This document shows, in pieces, positions 39,021-50,837 of a DNA stretch of 64,000 bases. The notes beneath the pieces are model-generated. The model was not told where the DNA came from. It saw only the letters and a list, made by a program, of their open reading frames with translations, and ran no database searches. The stretch is taken from positions 67,160,366 through 67,224,365 of the forward strand of contig NC_054701.1 of NCBI RefSeq assembly GCF_016097555.1, in the 5' to 3' direction. A program made the translations under genes and the position numbers. The stretch comes from Gigantopelta aegis (Eukaryota). How positions within the stretch are numbered: the first letter of the stretch is position 1; each line of letters starts with the position of its first letter.

Positions 39021-39066
<46 letters not shown>
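38996..39066. repeat. (ATT)n microsatellite
   Basis: attattattatt… run of about 70 bp. Confidence 0.95.
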
Positions 39067-39857
39067 TTAGCGCTTTATTCACACTACAAATTTATTTTGC
39101 TTGATATTCTATGTATTAACTTTGTTCTGAATATTTATTGTAGTCTTCCGGTTTCACTTTATCTGCACTGTTAATTTGTCTTGCTTTATGTTTTATGTAT
39201 TTACTTTGTTTCAAATATTTGTAGTAATAGTAGTCGCCTATAATGTTATAATATTTGTAATTAGGACAGGGCCTCGTAAGTTGAATAACTTGTGCCCAAT
39301 CCTTTGGTGTATTATATACAATAAAATATGTTTCAAACAACTATTGCAACAGCCATAAATATTATCAGTTTCGGTGGCTAAAACATATAGTGGATTAAAT
39401 TACAGCCATAACCTTTTCACACACACAAAAAGAAATTCAGTCTTTTATCAAAACATATGAATATGTTTTTATGTTTGCTTATTTATAAAAATGCTTATAC
39501 ACAATTTGAAGCAAATTACAAAATGGTGTCATGAACAACGAATGCTAACAGATAACATTTTTGAAACATGAATAATATGACAATTTTGATTTTCTTATCA
39601 GTTGCCTTGTAAATGAATGGTTATAATCGTAACATTGTTTGGTTATGAAATAGGCTACAAGATGCACTCATACTTTTAATGAATATTTCTTATACATCCG
39701 TTAATGACAACATCATGAGGGATTGTTGTTTTTTTTGTTTTTTTTTACAACACATGGGTTGTTTACACACGTACGTGTGTTATAACAATTTCAAGACATA
39801 CGACTGGCTGCTCCTAGATGATGACCAAGTCACCAGTGTCGTGCTTCCAATGAAAAA

Positions 39858-40190
39858 CGGGGCGGGACGTAGTCCAGTGGTAAAGCGCTCGCTCGATGTG
39901 CGGTCGGTCTGGGATCGATCCCAGTCGGTGGACCCATTTGGGCTATTTCTTGTTCCAGTCAGTGCACCACGACTGGTATATCAAAAACCGTGGTATGTAC
40001 TATCCTGTCTGTGGGATGATGCATATAAAAGAACCCATTGCTGCTAATCGAAAAGAGTAGCCCATGAAGTGGCGATAGCGGGTTTCTCTCTCAACATCTG
40101 TGTGGTCCTTAACCATATGTCTGATGCCATATAACCCTAAATAAAATGTGTTGAGTGCGTCGTTAAATAAAGCATTTCCTTCTTCTTCCA
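39858..40190 (+). mobile_element. SINE, main family, tail-A, full length
   Basis: ggggcgggacgtagtccagtggtaaagcgctcgctcgatgtgcggtcggtctgggatcgatccc … gttaaataaagcatttccttcttcttcc; track ORFs 39679..40047 and 40000..40191 overlap it. Confidence 0.9.
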
Positions 40191-41149
40191 ATGAAAAACA
40201 ACACAGTGGAAATAGATTACACTGTGATGTATAGTTAACCTGACAATCATGTGTCTGTGACGTGTAAGTTAGCTACAAGTGCAACGGCTGTAAATAACTT
40301 TTAGTCGAAAAAGATGTTAAAATTTGCTTAAAACCTGGTTTTTGAGGATATGTAAGAAATGGAATAATACATTCGTGTCCGTTTATAAGATACTATTTAT
40401 CTCACAACTCGTTGTTTAAAAACGTATCAAATTCGCTTTCGCTCGTTAGATACATTTTAAAACAATTCGTTCTGATATAAATGGTATCTAACAGCCACTC
40501 ATGTATTATTCTCTATATATAAACAAGCTAAACGAAATATTATTTTTAATGTTCTAAACTATGTATTTTTGGCAAGCATAATATATGTGAAGACAGTTTT
40601 GCCAGAAGTTATTACAATCATGTCCCACATTTTGGGTTTTTTTGTTTCGTCCTTACGGCAACCTGGAGGAGATGACTTGGCAGATATTAGTGTATGCACG
40701 TGCAGATGTAGCACTGTTGAACGCAAGCATGGGCGTATGGGGATTCTTTGATTTAGGGGGGCTGGAGGGGTTGATTTGCCCGAAATTTTCCCCAGATAAA
40801 AACTTCCCGAATTTTCCCCACTGTTTTGCCCGAATTGGGGGGGGGGGGGCAATTGACCCCCCTGCCCCCCCCCCCCCGGGTCGTACGCCCATGAACGCAA
40901 GTTATGCAATGCTCTAAAAACAACAATGGAACTATTTCCTACAACTACATAGGTCTTTCGTTTCAATTATTCTCAACTGGTTTAATTTAGTAATAGTTCC
41001 CACAGAATTTGATAGCCCAATCGAGCACTCCCAATGAAAATACATTATTGGGTTGGCTGCATATTATACCGGAGAACCAGTCAATTGAATTATTACCAAA
41101 ACTAACTTTTTTGTTGTTTTACATACATTACATTTTGCACATTCCGAAA

Positions 41150-41790
41150 TAATACACTATAACGAATGCGCGAAATTTCGGTCGTGAAGCGGACGACTCA
41201 TGATAATTAATTTAAGATTTTGACTTGCCCGACGTTGTTTTCACTCGTCTGTGGCAACCGGGCGACCGTAAAGTGCACATCCTGCCGTATTCCCAAGATA
41301 TATTTTATAAACTTTAATTGTTATTTTTTTTATTATTATTATTTTAGTAACATATTTCAGAGATACAATTTAAAATGTTAGAGTAGTATATAATTATTTA
41401 AATAATCACGTTCCGGACATATTTCAAAAATAGGTTTTAGCTCACTGCATTGGACCATCCGGGTACTTGCTCACATGACTACTTGTCGCCATTTTGCAGC
41501 GATAAGTGCGATCTAGGATCGCATTTCTCTGCGTTAAAAGTGTTCTAGAAATATTTTTACGGGAGTACAGTCACTCCCGTATTTGCAGAGTTAATTTTTA
41601 AAAACCCTTTTTCAAATCTGATAATTTCTGGCTAAATAATTATTGTAATTTTCCCTTTTTTTGTTGTTGCAACATGGAGTTATAAAGAAAATGAAGTCTC
41701 AAAGTTTTATATCTGTTTTATCTGCTGAGCAGAAAAGAACATCTTGTTCTTTGAAAATAGTTGTTAATGCTAGAAGAAGGAGCTGTCACA
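41150..41790 (+). promoter_or_regulatory. RNF10: Putative RNF10 promoter / 5'UTR region; CpG-containing, with a YY1-like 'cgccatttt' and a good Kozak context (gtcacaATGG) at the start codon
   Basis: Sits immediately upstream of the first coding exon. CpG dinucleotides are locally enriched (cgcgaaatttcggtcgtgaagcggacg) in an otherwise AT-rich region. The TSS is not determinable from sequence. Confidence 0.3.
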
Positions 41791-41863
41791 ATGGACAAAA
41801 AACCGTCTCGTCAGTCGTCTGTACCGCCAAAGAATGGCGCGTCGTCCGACAATAAAAAGAATG
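41791..41863 (+). CDS. RNF10: RNF10 coding exon 1 (MDKKPSRQSSVPPKNGASSDNKKN, ends phase 1; donor ATG|GTAGGC)
   Basis: ATG in Kozak context with an open frame to a GT donor. The phase matches the next exon exactly. A Ser-rich N-terminus also occurs in vertebrate RNF10. Confidence 0.6.
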
Positions 41864-44501
41864 GTAGGCATATCGTGGTTTAATTTTTCGAAATTGGGAA
41901 AAATCACAACGAAAAGTTTTGACTGTAGGTAACTAGGTTGGAGGTTTGTCCATAAATTTATAAATATCAAGGCATGAGGAAAAGCGAAATTGGACATCAG
42001 TCTGCATGAAGAACAATTTTATTACATTAAATTGATTAATTAGTTTCCAGCATTTCAGGCTTTTGAGAATTCTGTCCCATTAAGTTTAACAGGAAAACGC
42101 TACTGGTCTATTCAATCCAACAACCGGATACGCTTAATGACATCAGTTTGTCCAATACAAAGTAAAATAATAAAAAAAATTAATTACTTATCTTTGTTGT
42201 CAATGATGGTAAAATTCCTACCAGTAAGTGAATATTTGTAATTTGTTTAAAACCATCGAAATCCGTCCATGTGAATGTCATAAACTCAAAATGTATGGAA
42301 GACCACATCCGTCATAGAATTGAGGAAACAAGAACAAGAGATTGTCGACGAAGCAAATGCAAATGAATTATCAGTGTTTCTGTATATAGGAAAATGGTTT
42401 TCTTGTGCTAACAACTTTTATAGGTGGCTGAAAAAAGAAGGAAAATCAACTGATGTTGTTTCTCAATAACAATTGCGGATCTGACAGCTTTCCATACATC
42501 CCCGAGTGTTCTTGCTGGGTGAAAATTAAAGGAAATCAAAAAAAAAAAAAAAAAAAAGAGGTGGGGGAGAGCTTGGTTACCATATTGTTGTGTGTTGGTT
42601 GACTTTGTGGAAAAACATACTTCTTATTTTGCCTACAAAAACGTTTATACAAAATACAAGCAGACTCGTCTTTTAATTGAACCGGAGATGTTATCTGTCT
42701 GACATTCATGGGCAGTTCTGGTTTTGCTGAACCGATCAAAGTTTTAATATTATTTTTAATGAAGATTTCAAGATATACGAAAAACAAAGATGTTTGTAAA
42801 GTGCCCCCCTCCTAATGTTGGATAAATTTTTTGTTATTTCCATCTTCATCGAATGAATCGATCGCTGTGATAAACTATCGCCAGCTGGTAAAAAGTAGTT
42901 GGTTTTTTTTACAGACGGTGTATATATTATTTGGCACCCAAAATAAATTATTTTAGTGATAAACACTACCACTTCTGTTGTTTTTATAAGCGGTGGTATC
43001 CCCCAAAAATTAAAAGTTTATAATAAACAGAATGACAGAAAGTAAAAATCATCGGTTAAAACCAATTATATCTGCAGTTGATGACAAAATATCAGACGAT
43101 TGTTAGTGGAAACGAAAAAAACAGAATGACCATTCTGATCACGTGACAAATTTGGCAGCAAATGAGTAAGGTTTTTTTCAATCTGAGATTGCCGAATCCG
43201 TAAAAAATTAAAATGTTTTCATTGCTCAAATAAAATATAACTTTTCTTGTTTGTATTAAACATGAAATGGATACAGGTATGGGACAAAATAGAGGCTGTT
43301 AAAAATACTATTAAATTATGTTGTATGGTAACTGTCGTAAATGTTTCGTCAATTGCTAATTCGTACACAACGCAGCTTGTTTCCTTTGGTGTGCAGACTG
43401 ATGGTTGTTGGGTTTTTTTTGGTGGGGGGGGGGGGGGTGTGTGGAAAAAAGTGTGCATTTGGAAATAGTGGAGATAGGTGCTGGAAAATATAGTATGGTG
43501 CTGGAAAATAAAGAGGGGCGCAGAAAAATAAAGGAGGGCGGAGAAAGTAAAAGGAGGGTGGCAGAATGCAATAGCGGGGCGGGCCGCCCTGCTTAAATGT
43601 GGCAGCGAGAACACTGCCTCTCCCCCCACCCCCACACACACATACACATACTGAGTGTCAGTCATGTGACTTTTAACTAATGTAGATGACAGTCATTACT
43701 GATCTGTCAAGTCTAGTCTCTTCGTTTATACAGGTTTTAGTCTGTTACAACCTTTGGATATGGTTTCTGTATGCAATAATAGAATTACTTCTGTTGTACA
43801 AGGGACAAACACTTTAAAAGCTTTTTCCATCAACATTTTTTATTTTGATCGATCAAGGCTTGGTTAGTTAATACATATGCAGTAGAATTAAAGTTGTGCT
43901 TACGCAGTGTGATTAGAAAGAGTGCTGAAGTGTGAATTCCGTGTGATGGTAGTATGTGAATACATAAATTAGCCATTGTTTAAAAAATGCTTTGATTTTG
44001 TTAGAAAAGTCTTCCTTTATTGGTTACTAATGAAAACATTACAAGTAGAAACTTGACAATTTTGTACTACATTCTGCGCTGCACAGTCCATTTTAATGTT
44101 GCGAGTGAGCGAGGTCAGAATGTTTTTACCGATGAGTAGGAGCAATTCCTTTCCTCAGACCACAAGGACTGATATACACACTTTCAAAAAAAAACAAAAA
44201 AACTTTGTAACAGTAATTGTTCAAGTTTATTTTACTTTTATATGCAAGCTGTTACTTAAAAGTATTAATGCATTTGCTGAACATCGTCCTTTATTACAGG
44301 TAGACTCTTACTTTAAAGTTGACTATTTTATTGTATTAGAAAAAAAAGTAGAGGAATGAAAATTACTGTTATATATTTGATGACTAACAGATGAAATGCA
44401 AATCACATTATTGGACTGGTTACAGGTGCAGTATTATTATATACAAAAAAAATAAAATTAATGTTTGTCTTTTTATTTATTTTTTATTTATTTTTTTATA
44501 G

Positions 44502-44668
44502 ATACAAACAGTCCAAGTAGATTTGCAAAGTATGGGAGGAGGGAGACATCAGGACGGGGACGGGACACACATGATGGTTCTCGGCGGCCTGTTCCCCAAA
44601 GATCCAGAGCTTTTGGGGACAAAAGGCCACGACCGAGAGGCTATTTTAATGATCGACAAAGAGAAGAG
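44502..44668 (+). CDS. RNF10: RNF10 coding exon 2 (DTNSPSRFAKYGRRETSGRGRDTHDGSRRPVPQRSRAFGDKRPRPRGYFNDRQREE; basic, R/G-rich)
   Basis: Acceptor ttttttatag| and donor GAG|GTACAG. It starts in phase 1, consistent with exon 1, and ends in phase 0, consistent with exon 3. It resembles the basic N-terminal region of RNF10. Confidence 0.6.
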
Positions 44669-46139
44669 GTACAGTGATTTTTTTTTATTCAAGGATGGAT
44701 GTGATCTGAAAACCTGAAAAATATATATATATTTTGCACTCGAATCTGTTTTGTCAAATGAAATATTGCTTTGGAAAGTAACAGGAAGGTACTTAAGTGG
44801 AGATAATTCAATTCTTGTGATGTAAACCAGGGTTGCACAACATTTTGAAAGAATTTGTCTTTAGTACAGACATCTATTTTTATTTTCTTAGGTTGTAAAT
44901 AGAATTTAAAAACAAAAATTACAGTACTTGTAAACCGTGAAACAGAAGTTTCAGTCTTGCTGGTTCTACTCCTTTATATTGGATAAATATGTTTCCATGA
45001 GGAGATGGATTTTGGTGAAACCATTTTACTGGTGTTTTATTTTTATTTGTTCTTTGGAAAGGGAAGGTTTTGTTTCTAGAATATGTTTGAATTACTACAA
45101 AACTGGTGTGTAAGTTTTATTTTTATTTTCTTTGTAAACTACTAATTTATGTTTTAATGTTTAGGCAAACTTCAATTTTGTCATCTTGAAAGGAAGAAAT
45201 GACTGATAGTAGGTACCAGCAACCAAAATTTAGAAATCACCTTTCCATAGTATAAACTTACTTTTTGCAATCTGCTAGCAAATAGAAGCACAGCAAAAAA
45301 AGAATTTTGAAGATATCTTTATTAGTTTTCAAGATATGATATATTTTGAGTACCATAATTTTTCTTGCAATGTCGAAAAACCATTTGACGGTATAAATAC
45401 GCTCATAAACATGTAAAAATTTGAAGTTACAAAAATACTGTACTTATTTTACTAGCATTTTTAACATGTACACATGTATTTGTGCCAATATACTGCAAAT
45501 TAGTCTGCTATGGTAATTTTTTGTATATCTGGTCTGTTCTTGAAACTTATAATTATAGCGCAAATAAGTGTCAAAATGTGTCCCAAAGCCATTTTCGGAA
45601 TGACATAAATATAAATTATAACACCAAAATGTTGAATTTTCACATTTTATATACAGAGAAGTTTGTATACTTACAGCCTATTTTTTTTTAGGCATCTGAG
45701 AATGTTAATTTTGATGCTATTGATTAAGCAAAATGCTCAAATGTTGAATTTAAGGTGCGGAAAAAGTGACAAAAACTAACCATTATTCAGGTATTTTCAG
45801 CAAACTGTATTTTGAAATCTATTAAAGATATTTCCATGAATCTTTGCATGCTGGTGCAACACATACAAAACTAACACATGTATTAGTATCAATGCTGTAG
45901 GTATATTATTTATTATAATAACTTACCCTCAGATTGTACCTTTATGAACAGATTTTCTTTCGCGTTACGACCAAATAATCCATTCTTCCGAAAACAAAGT
46001 GAATCACAGACATACATACATTGTTTGCAGTTATTTACAAGTGTCATGTATAGTAACTTATACAGTAGGCAGTGTATTTTGCAATATTTTCAAACAGTTA
46101 ATATTTTGGGGAGTTGGGGGGTCTAAACAACAAGTCTCT

Positions 46140-49100
46140 TTAACAGTAAATTTCTTTGTAGCATTTATACTTTCTTTCCAACATGGCATAGATTTCTGAA
46201 CTTAAATTCCACATTCTCCCATTTGAAGTTTGCAAATTAAAGTCCCAATCAAAAACATACACTGAACTAATTCTTTCTATGGAATCCAGTCTAGGCCATT
46301 TAAAAACATTCTTTTTTACACCACATTTGTCCATGAATTTTATTTCGCCTTCATCCGGGTTTCTCAAGTTGACAACTTGTCCAACATAGAAATCATTGTC
46401 AAAATACACTGCTACATTTTGGCCTTGTTTTGTGAATTGGTAACTGCCGAACGCTGCAGTGTCTGTAGATCCGATGGCATCTTGAACTTCCTCAACCTGT
46501 TGACATTCAGCATCAGCACACTCGTCATCGCAGTCTTCATAGGAGGTCACTTCTGTGGTGTTTGTTTCAAGAAACTGGTTCAAGTTGTTGAGCAATGCTT
46601 CAAAATTACCTGTCAGTTTGAGTGAAGAATGTTTAACCCCAAGAACCACCTTCTGGTACCGAATTTCATTCTTCAATGCCTCAGTCTTGAGCTTTTGAGT
46701 TGGAATTGCTGCCAGAATGTTTTTCAATTCTTTTGCGTGTAGGCATGGTCCTCCATTCTGTTTAACAGCTGACATTATGGCTTTTCTTTTTTGAAGTTGT
46801 TGTTCTGCTTTTGCCTCTCTAACTCGCTTATTTTCGCAAAGTATTGCCTTTCTTCTTTCAACCACCTGCTTCTGCATTTCCCTGTGTTTGTCTCTCATTC
46901 CTTCTGACTTTTTTGCTGCTGTCGAAAGAAGAAGCTCTTGATCAAGGTCTGACTTTGCTGAAAACCATGCTGATGTGTTGTTCCGCTTCAACATATTGAT
47001 TGTAGAGTGATGATGCAGTGATGAATTTCTTCTTTTAAAGATACTGAAGTCGAGGTCACCAAAACAAGCTTCACCAAGCAAATTTGTGATTTGGCTGTGT
47101 TGGATTTTCTGTCGCATTTTCTCACACTTAACATCATGGTAACGACCACCTGGAAGAAAATCTGATAGCTGTCGTTCAGTTACAGCCTTGAATTTGGTAC
47201 ACAGATTTTGAAGGATGGAATTGACTTCTATCTTCTTCTCATCTGAAAGTTTACACAGTGAGGGAAATATGTTAGTGTTAACATTACGTCCAAAGAGTGG
47301 TGGTATTTCCTGGTCTGTTAACGGTGTTGGATCCTCTGACCACTGACTTAGTGCTGCATGAAGTTCACAAACATGACTGAAGAAGTCCAGATACTTCACC
47401 TGTTTGCCCATTAAAATCCAGTAGGGACCAGTTATCTTTTCATACACCAGTCCAAGAGCTATGATGGCACAATCTAAACTCTCACATTTAGCATCGAGAA
47501 GGACACTGTCTTGTTTTCGATTTAGAGATGATGAAAAGTTCTCAAGGAAATTAATAATATCTGTCCGATGGAAATGCAGTGATGCTGCTGACTGGAAGTA
47601 ATTGTTGAACCGGTTTCCTCTGAAGCTTGTTATCGTAGAAGTGATTTCTTCTAGATGACAGAAAGCATCCCACGAATCCCTACAGCCATTTTTTTCATCT
47701 CCTCTTGAACCCAAAATATCGCAAGCAGTGCGAATATATCTCCCAGCTGAATTTTCACCTGTTGAGGCCCACGTTAAAAATTTTGTTGAAGCATTTCTCC
47801 CGATTTTTTTCTCTTTTCCATCTTCCCATTCTTTTAGGACCTTGTCACTGGCACTGCTTAATCCCAAAAGGAAATGGGCATTACAGTGCAAGAATTCCAT
47901 TTCTTCTTCCGTGCCAATGATGGTTTTCCTTTTCTCGTTGAATGACTTGTCGAACGATTTCATGACACTGGCTCGATCACTCATCAAACCCGAGAGATTC
48001 TTCAGCATGGTCTTAAATATTTGGTCTGCCTCTTTTGTATCGTAAATATCAGCTAATTCCTGCAACAGTCCAAATGCAATATCTACTAAAGTAGATGTAT
48101 CTTCATGGCATACTGGGACAAAACCACAAGAGAGAGATTGTCCACTGTCTGTTGTCAACTGATGGCCAACATATTTTTGATGGTCTTTTGTGGTCCCATC
48201 ACTATGCAGATCAGCATTGGTTGATTTCAGAAGGGATTCTGCCACCTGATGTTTTGCCAAAATGTGGCCTTGGTCTGCAAATCTCAGCGATGATCGCTCT
48301 GAAGGCAATTCAATGTCTGTCACCTGGATGTCAAAAAGATGTTTGCATACAACTTGTATAACATGTGCACAGTTCTTTGCAGAAACTTCTGCATCACCTA
48401 TCAATGAAATTACACACTTCACTACATCTTTAGTAAACTTCTTATTATCTTCTCTTGTTTTGAGGACACACTTGATATCTTGCTGCTGTACTTGAATATC
48501 TAACAACTCTCTTTTCAGCTGTTCAATGTTTTGTTTAAGCGTTTTCTTCTCTTTTCTTTCTAGCTTCAGCTGTACTGTGGCATTCGATAACTGTGATTGC
48601 AAAGAGCGAATTTTCGCCCTTTTCGATTTGTTAGCCTCACTTACTTCATCATTCACCCGCTTTTGTAAATCTAGTTCATCCTTCTGAAGTTTGCATTCTT
48701 TGCGTTTAAGTCTTTTGTAGTAGGCTGAATGTCTGAGCTTTGATAGAGTATCAACATGTTTTTGTGACGAGCATTTCAATTCATTCAGTTGTTTTTTTGT
48801 TTCATCAAGTGAAGCTTGAATTTTATGTTTTGATGCTAGCAGTTCACAAATTTCAACATCTTTTCTTTCTGTTAAAGATGCAATCTTTAAATTCTTTTCT
48901 TCAACAAGCTGTTGCAAAGTATGTCCAGTGGCCTTTTCTGCAGTAAGGGACTTCTCTAGTGCTTCTATATCACCTCTTAATTTTCTGAGTTTCACAGCTT
49001 CAGTATGAGGAGTGTCACACGAAATTGCAGAATTTTCCCGAAACCGTTTCTTAGGATTGTCAACAACACTTTCTTGTACCGATACTTGGCAAACATCACC

Positions 49101-49738
49101 ATTAATATCTTGCACCAATGTTTCTAATACAGAAACCTGTTTCGGGCAAACATAATCAACAAGCAGGAAATTTTCTAACTGACATCTGTCCCTGGATTTA
49201 TTTTTTGATTTCTTTTTGAATTCACATAGTATCTTGGTTAAGTCTTTTGTCAGTGTCTTTCTGTCACATTGGATATTACCGGTAAGTGCTTGCACAGCTT
49301 CATGCATCCAGGAGGAAGATAAATCCTCATCTTTTCTAAACTTGTCAAGTTCAATAAGAATCCCATTGGTAAGGCCAATAGGTACCGGAACTGGAACAGG
49401 CACATTGAGCAGCTGTTCTCTGGTTACTCCAGCCGACTTTAGCTGAATTCCTATAAAGGCCAATTCTTCCTCGAGAAAAAGTGTGAAATGCTCTTCCTCA
49501 CCATCAATTAATGCACATGCACGTTTAAACGTTGTTTCAATAACATATCGTAATCTCTCTTTGGATAAGTTTATGATTTTTTGTGCAAACCCTGTCAGTT
49601 CGTCCCACGACTTGTCATTTTTGCAATAGTAAAGTTGCAACAGTAGTCTACATGTTGTCTTCAGCTGTGGAAGGTTCGGACGTCTGCCGCGACCAGTTGA
49701 CAGAAAGGTGGTAGACAGCTTATCAAAATCTTCATTAA
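46140..49738 (-). CDS. Exon 2 (last, includes the TAA stop) of a nested antisense gene. It encodes roughly residues 17-1215 of a coiled-coil protein with a hAT-transposase-like motif core and a C-terminal small beta-barrel-like domain.
   Basis: A 3.6-kb open frame (track ORF 46140..49640). The frame stays open upstream of the track's TTG 'start' up to a consensus acceptor (tctcttttttttttttaacag|TT) at 49739/49738. The stop is TAA at 46142..46140, and a possible AATAAA lies about 225 nt downstream on the minus strand (~45914..45909). Confidence 0.8.
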
Positions 49739-49857
49739 CTGTTAAAAAAAAAAAGAGAACATTATAGAAAGGGAATACTGTCCGGTTTCTTCCTATAGTG
49801 TGTATATCATTGGTTAATATGTCAAATATTTGTTATCGGCGAACTGGAAAATGATCA

Positions 49858-50045
49858 AGCCAGGTTATGGTATGTACTACCCTGTCCGTGGGATGGCGCA
49901 TATAAAATATACCTTGCTACTAGTACTAATGAAAAAATGTAGCGGGTTTCCTGTCTGTCAAAATTAACAAATATCTGACATCAATATTTGATGATTAGTT
50001 AATCAGTGTGCTCTAGTGGTGTTGTTAAATAAATAAAAACTAAAA
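49858..50045 (+). mobile_element. SINE core + tail-B fragment inside the intron of the nested antisense gene
   Basis: ggtatgtactaccctgtccgtgggatggcgcatataaaatataccttgctactag...aaaaatgtagcgggtttcctgtctgtcaaaattaacaaatatctgacatcaatatttgatgattagttaatcagtgtgctctagtgg. Confidence 0.8.
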
Positions 50046-50788
50046 AGTTTAGTGTTTATTACTTTTAATTTGAATCCCACTTGTCTTGACACTTAATATT
50101 TGCAGATTGTTTTATTACTCAAAAAGTTTTATTTTTAATGTAGCATACACGCTCTAATTAACAATAAAATAACCATTATATAATAATAATAATAGTGAAT
50201 TAGTCATTAAAAAAGAAAAAAAGAAAGGAAAAAAAAAATTATGACAAAAATAACACAAGTTTTATGACAAAAATAACACAAGTTTCCACCCTAAAACCAT
50301 TTAAAAATATCATTTAATATTTCATTTAATATTTCATTATTACAAAAGAAACGAATAAAATCGAGTGTATGCACAGATCAACACAAAATCGTAATTTTTT
50401 AATGAGCAGCTAATTTCGACAACGTAATCCGCCATCTTTGATCTGAAGTGCCAATGCCGAAATATTCACAAATTTTACTTCGTAAAAATATCCACGACAA
50501 CAGCTGAACCATAGTTAACAATAAATCGCCATGTCCTTTAACGTTTATACTTATTATAACTTGTATTATTTTTTGCATTGGTTAGTGGAAAATCGGCCTG
50601 TTTATAATATAAAGCACGTGGGTTTGTTGACATTTTTTTTGTATGCATCATGTCGCGTCACTGACAAAATAAATTTTTCAAATGGACATACAGATGTAAA
50701 TACCAACCATCAATAATTTTACAAAAAACAAATATATTCATTAATACCTCATTCTCACATTAATATGAATAGTCAATACTGTACTTAC

Positions 50789-50837
50789 CTATTTTACTGT
50801 ATATTTTTTCTTTTGAAAATTTTTCTTTGCTGGCCAT
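50789..50837 (-). CDS. Exon 1 (coding part) of the nested antisense gene: MASKEKFSKEKIYSKI-(V), ends phase 1
   Basis: The ATG at 50837..50835 is followed by 49 nt of open frame ending in the consensus donor ATAG|GTAAGT (GT at 50788..50787). Phase 1 matches the exon-2 acceptor exactly, so G+TT gives Val. The 5'UTR extent is unknown. Confidence 0.6.

Noticed and set aside
43219-43665. ORFs around 43.2-43.7 kb (148 aa, 96 aa and others)
   Set aside because: They are translations of G-rich, imperfectly repeated simple sequence and poly-G in several overlapping frames, located in RNF10 intron 1. There is no coherent coding signal.
46140-49640. Interpreting the 1166-aa track ORF as a complete intronless gene starting at 49640
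   Set aside because: The 'M' at 49640 is a TTG codon, because the ORF track uses alternative starts. The frame is open upstream to a consensus 3' splice site at 49739, and an in-phase ATG-containing 5' exon lies at 50837..50789. The gene is therefore spliced, and the true N-terminus differs.
49641-49738. Possibility that the nested gene is a bacterial-type or organellar insertion, given its single long ORF
   Set aside because: Its A/T-rich composition, spliceosomal intron signals at both ends of the 1.05-kb gap, and the eukaryotic-style hAT-like motifs all argue for a nuclear, TE-derived gene.
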